A model generated the notes under the pieces. That model worked only from the letters and a program-made list of their open reading frames with translations, ran no database searches and was not told the DNA's origin. This document shows, in pieces, positions 60,855-64,000 of a DNA stretch of 64,000 nucleotides. This DNA is from Thalia democratica (lineage: Eukaryota), in assembly GCA_965202585.1 (NCBI GenBank), contig OZ241833.1, positions 41,788,001 to 41,852,000 on the forward strand, given 5' to 3'. The position numbers and the translations under genes were made by a program. Position 1 is the stretch's first letter. Every line of letters starts with the position of its first letter.

Positions 60855-61832
60855 ATGTTCAAAATCGGTCGAAACGTTCTGGCAAGAGCTTTTTGCCTGA
60901 AAACATTTGACCAACACAAAGAAGACCAAACTACTAGTACCAGTGAATACTGCGTGGCACAGTTTTCTCCATTGTCTACAGGGCTCAACAACATTGAAAA
61001 AACATTGAACACTTCAAACGAGATTCGCAGCAACAAAACTGCTGGCGACAATTCAACTACTGGTGACAGTTTTAGAGCTTGTGAAAGTATAAGCGTGCAC
61101 GCCTTCAAACAAGGTAGGCTGGGAAACTGCGGCATGATATCTTCAATGGCGGCGCTGGCAACCAACAGGGACATTTACAACAAGGTCGTGCCAGCAGGTC
61201 AGAACTTTGAAAGCAACGATTCATCAAGCGTCTCGTTCAACCTTTACAAGCTGGGCAAGCTTCACAGAGTCGAGGTGGACAAAAAACTGCCGACGGACGA
61301 AAAAGGGTTGGTGTACGGCAGAAGCTGGAATGGAAACTTGGTGGGGCCGTTGCTGGAAAAATGTCTTGTTCAGCTGCACTTTGGAGGAAGTTACGGACGT
61401 TCCCACGGCGTCGACGCGCACCATGTCATGAACAGCCTGACAAACTGTTACTTTGAAGAATTTTTGTTCGAAGGAAACCGTTCGAGTTCTGCGCAAAAAC
61501 GAGTTGTCAATCACGGGTTGGAAACAAAATCTCAAATGGCAGTGGGTTTTAAAGAGCCAGTGAAAAAATATAACTTGCTAAGTCACCATTACCACAGTGT
61601 GTTTGAAGTGGAAAACACTAAAACTGACTCCCTGCAACTCTACGACCCTCACGGTAGGCTTTTATCAATTTCAAAAAAAGAATTTTTTGACGTTGAAAAA
61701 TCACTGGAGATATGCTATTTTGACAACAAAATTTTCGGAAATCCAGATATAAAAACTTCGATTGAGTTTACAGGCAGCTGGCTACCGTTGAAGATCAATG
61801 AAAAAGTAAATATTGTCGACTACGACCTTTAA
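60855..61832 (+). CDS. Calpain-like cysteine protease, copy 3, intact catalytic ORF (325 aa)
   Basis: ATG in frame with catalytic Cys (TGC 61128), His (CAT 61587) and Asp (GAC 61644, the Asn position of calpain LRNPWG). Ends just after the domain III-like EFTGSW. Confidence 0.85.
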   Translation: MFKIGRNVLARAFCLKTFDQHKEDQTTSTSEYCVAQFSPLSTGLNNIEKTLNTSNEIRSNKTAGDNSTTGDSFRACESISVHAFKQGRLGNCGMISSMAALATNRDIYNKVVPAGQNFESNDSSSVSFNLYKLGKLHRVEVDKKLPTDEKGLVYGRSWNGNLVGPLLEKCLVQLHFGGSYGRSHGVDAHHVMNSLTNCYFEEFLFEGNRSSSAQKRVVNHGLETKSQMAVGFKEPVKKYNLLSHHYHSVFEVENTKTDSLQLYDPHGRLLSISKKEFFDVEKSLEICYFDNKIFGNPDIKTSIEFTGSWLPLKINEKVNIVDYDL

Positions 61833-62259
61833 ATTTAATTTCAAAATACAATTCTTCGATAAATCTTCAAGCTTTTATTATTACGAACGATGGCAAAGTG
61901 ACTGTAAAAAATGCTCGGCCCTTTTCAGTAACGACGGTAAAATTTTCTATAGAAAATCCTTTAGAGATAATTTAAAAAGTGGAAATTACAAATTAGTAAT
62001 TGTGGTGTCAAAATCATTAAAACTGAAGAGTTGCTTAGAATGTGAGAAGTACTTGGAAAACGGCGGGAATGAATTTCTTTTCCGACTTGCTGCTTCAAAA
62101 CAATGCTTTGTTGAAAAGACTGAGGGAAAGGATTCTGAGGAAGTAGAGGAAGTAATACTTGATTTGTGGTATTGTGACTTTTTGTTCGAAAACAGCTTTA
62201 CTAAAAAAGAAAAAATTTTGATTTTTCTTAAAAAAATATTTTCTTACCTAAAACTGTAG
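61813..62259 (+). CDS. Downstream (+1) frame of calpain copy 3, putative domain III remainder
   Basis: 148 open codons overlapping the CTT-TAA stop; AATAAA ~18 nt after its stop. Confidence 0.55.
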   Translation: MSTTTFKFNFKIQFFDKSSSFYYYERWQSDCKKCSALFSNDGKIFYRKSFRDNLKSGNYKLVIVVSKSLKLKSCLECEKYLENGGNEFLFRLAASKQCFVEKTEGKDSEEVEEVILDLWYCDFLFENSFTKKEKILIFLKKIFSYLKL

Positions 62260-64000
62260 ATATAACATTATAAGAAAATAAATTTGTTACTGAGTAGTAG
62301 TTGCTACAGTTACTTGTTGTGTAATATGTACTTTATGAAGACAAAAGCTTTTATAATTGTTTATATAATTTATTATTTGGTTTTTATCACATTAAAGCGT
62401 TTGTAAATAACAAACTAGTCAAACGATACTGAAATCTAGCCGAGTTAGAGTACTTCAAGATTTTTTTAATTAGAAGTTGACCATCTCTTGATTTAAAATG
62501 AGTTATTATTTCAAATCAACTAAAAACGTTCAAAATTTCTGGCCATATTAAAAGATTTTTACAAAAGTTTAAAACTAAACCTTGCGATTGGCAAGAAACG
62601 TTAAGACTTTTTTTGATGACTGAAACTATGTTATGTATAAAATCATTTTGTAAACATTATATAAGCAGACGTGTACACAAGTTTCTACAGAAACCTATAG
62701 TGATTTTAAAACTTAAACTCGAGACCAAAAATGTTTTATATATTTTTTTACAAACGGGCATATACTGTTATTGGCTAGTATTTTTTCTACATCAAGTATT
62801 AAGAAAGAAAGATTAGTTGTAAGTTATTTTAATTTAAATACTAATAATATAAAACATAACAATTTCAGTCTAATTAGCCTTATTAAAATAAAGAAACAAA
62901 ACCACTAGTTAAGTATTATATAATGTGACAATATAAAAGTATTTTGTTAATAAAATATATAACTTTTACTTATACTTTAAATACTTTTTGACGCCGGTAT
63001 TATATGCTGATGTTTTTTGCACTTAAAGAAGAACAGTAACTGCTCAGATTAAAGTTGTAATCATTTTAAATGCTAAGTGAAACTAGAAACTTGTGAAGAG
63101 CGTTTTGTTTTTTTGAAGATCGTGGTGTTCCTGGACAAGACATTAAACTGTGTCGATGGAGTATGACATGACAGCCGAAAGGTTTGTATGCACACCAGAT
63201 CATTCAATCAATTTTTTCACTACTTAGTTTGTTTTTTTGTTGATCAGTAAACCATTGATTTTGTTTTTTAATTTTCAGCTACCTAAAACTTGACCACCTT
63301 CAAAAAAAAAACAACTTAAAACTAAATGTTTGGTGCTTAACTTATTTAACAAAAAGCGCTATGTAAAAGATTACCGATTGGGAGCCATGAGCAGTGAAGA
63401 GGCAATTACTTAAGTTGAAAAACGGTTGACCGAGATAAAATGCTTAAAAGGCTGCACGCTATTTTAACTCGGAAAATTAAAATTTCGAAAAAAAGGCCAA
63501 CACTTGAAAAATAGCATATATTAAAAAATAATTAGTATGTATGAAGGTCTTATAATATCTATAAATCGTTTTTTTTTGTAAATTATCAAAAGAATTTCTA
63601 AATATGGCTAAAAAATGTTTTAAAGTATAGTTATTTTATTAATTTGTGAGTATTTTGAATTTTACAAACAAAATAAAATGCTTTGTAGATTTTGATAAAA
63701 CTTACATATGTGACTTTTTTAGTAAATATTACCTCTAGATATATTGTATTTTAAATATTTTTAAGAATTTGAATTGTTTGATTTGTAAATGCCATGTAGC
63801 CATTTAAAAAATACTTCAATTACTGAAGATTACGGTTCCAAACGAATTGATTTATTTTACTGTTTTTTGAGAAAATTGTTTACACTTTTTTAATATTTGA
63901 TAGTATTAATGAAACTTTTCTGCTGAATTTTAGATTTTATGGTAAACATTTTATAAAAAAAGCATGTTCACACTGTTTTAAAAAATAAATAGTGTGACTA

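Larger units (their letters stand above)
55870..64000 (+). repeat. Core block copy 3 (runs off the window)
   Basis: Near-identical to copies 1 and 2, up to the equivalent of ~14170. Confidence 0.95.

Noticed and set aside
2993-61535. Antisense and alternate-frame ORFs overlapping the A and calpain genes (e.g. 3681-4214 -, 11368-11679 -, 11351-11575 +)
   Set aside because: Shadows of real coding sequence and of the 54-bp repeat; no independent motifs.
1020-62816. Numerous 60-90 aa ORFs rich in F/I/L/K/Y (e.g. 1020-1202, 7499-7732, 12757-12960, 13808-13996, 21317-21556, 49216-49434)
   Set aside because: Composition is what AT-rich non-coding DNA gives by chance; recurrence only reflects the duplications; many start at TTG/GTG.
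535-64000. The whole triplication as a pure assembly artefact
   Set aside because: Three cores and five A genes carry copy-specific substitutions, indels and distinct unique junctions, more than two haplotypes can supply; partial haplotype mixing still needs long-read confirmation.

Overview
Very AT-rich eukaryotic genomic DNA, most likely from an invertebrate animal (spliceosomal intron signals, MITEs, a tRNA-type SINE, Penelope and LTR remnants; the taxon cannot be fixed from sequence). The window is a complex tandem gene cluster built from two repeated blocks. (1) Five diverged copies of a ~5-6 kb module (A1-A5). Each carries a single-coding-exon gene for an unrecognised multi-pass membrane protein with a variable N-terminal loop, a conserved hydrophobic core, a variable-number 18-aa (54-bp) LPLPE repeat (5, 3, 9, 2 and 4 units) and a charged tail. 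Only A2 is fully intact. (2) Three near-identical copies of a ~10.4 kb core block. Each holds a decayed multi-exon minus-strand gene, an intronless GC-richer calpain-like (peptidase C2) gene with Cys-His-Asp in place of Cys-His-Asn that is split by a +1 frame break at CTW-TAA in all copies, ~560-bp direct repeats bracketing the calpain cassette, and a ~570-bp palindrome whose centre is flipped between copies 1 and 2. Order: A1-core-A2-[SINE spacer]-A3-core-A4-[~10 kb spacer of TE debris]-A5-core (runs off the end). The best candidate for an undescribed system is the co-amplified pair of a polymorphic repeat-bearing membrane protein and an atypical calpain; any functional link between them is inference.
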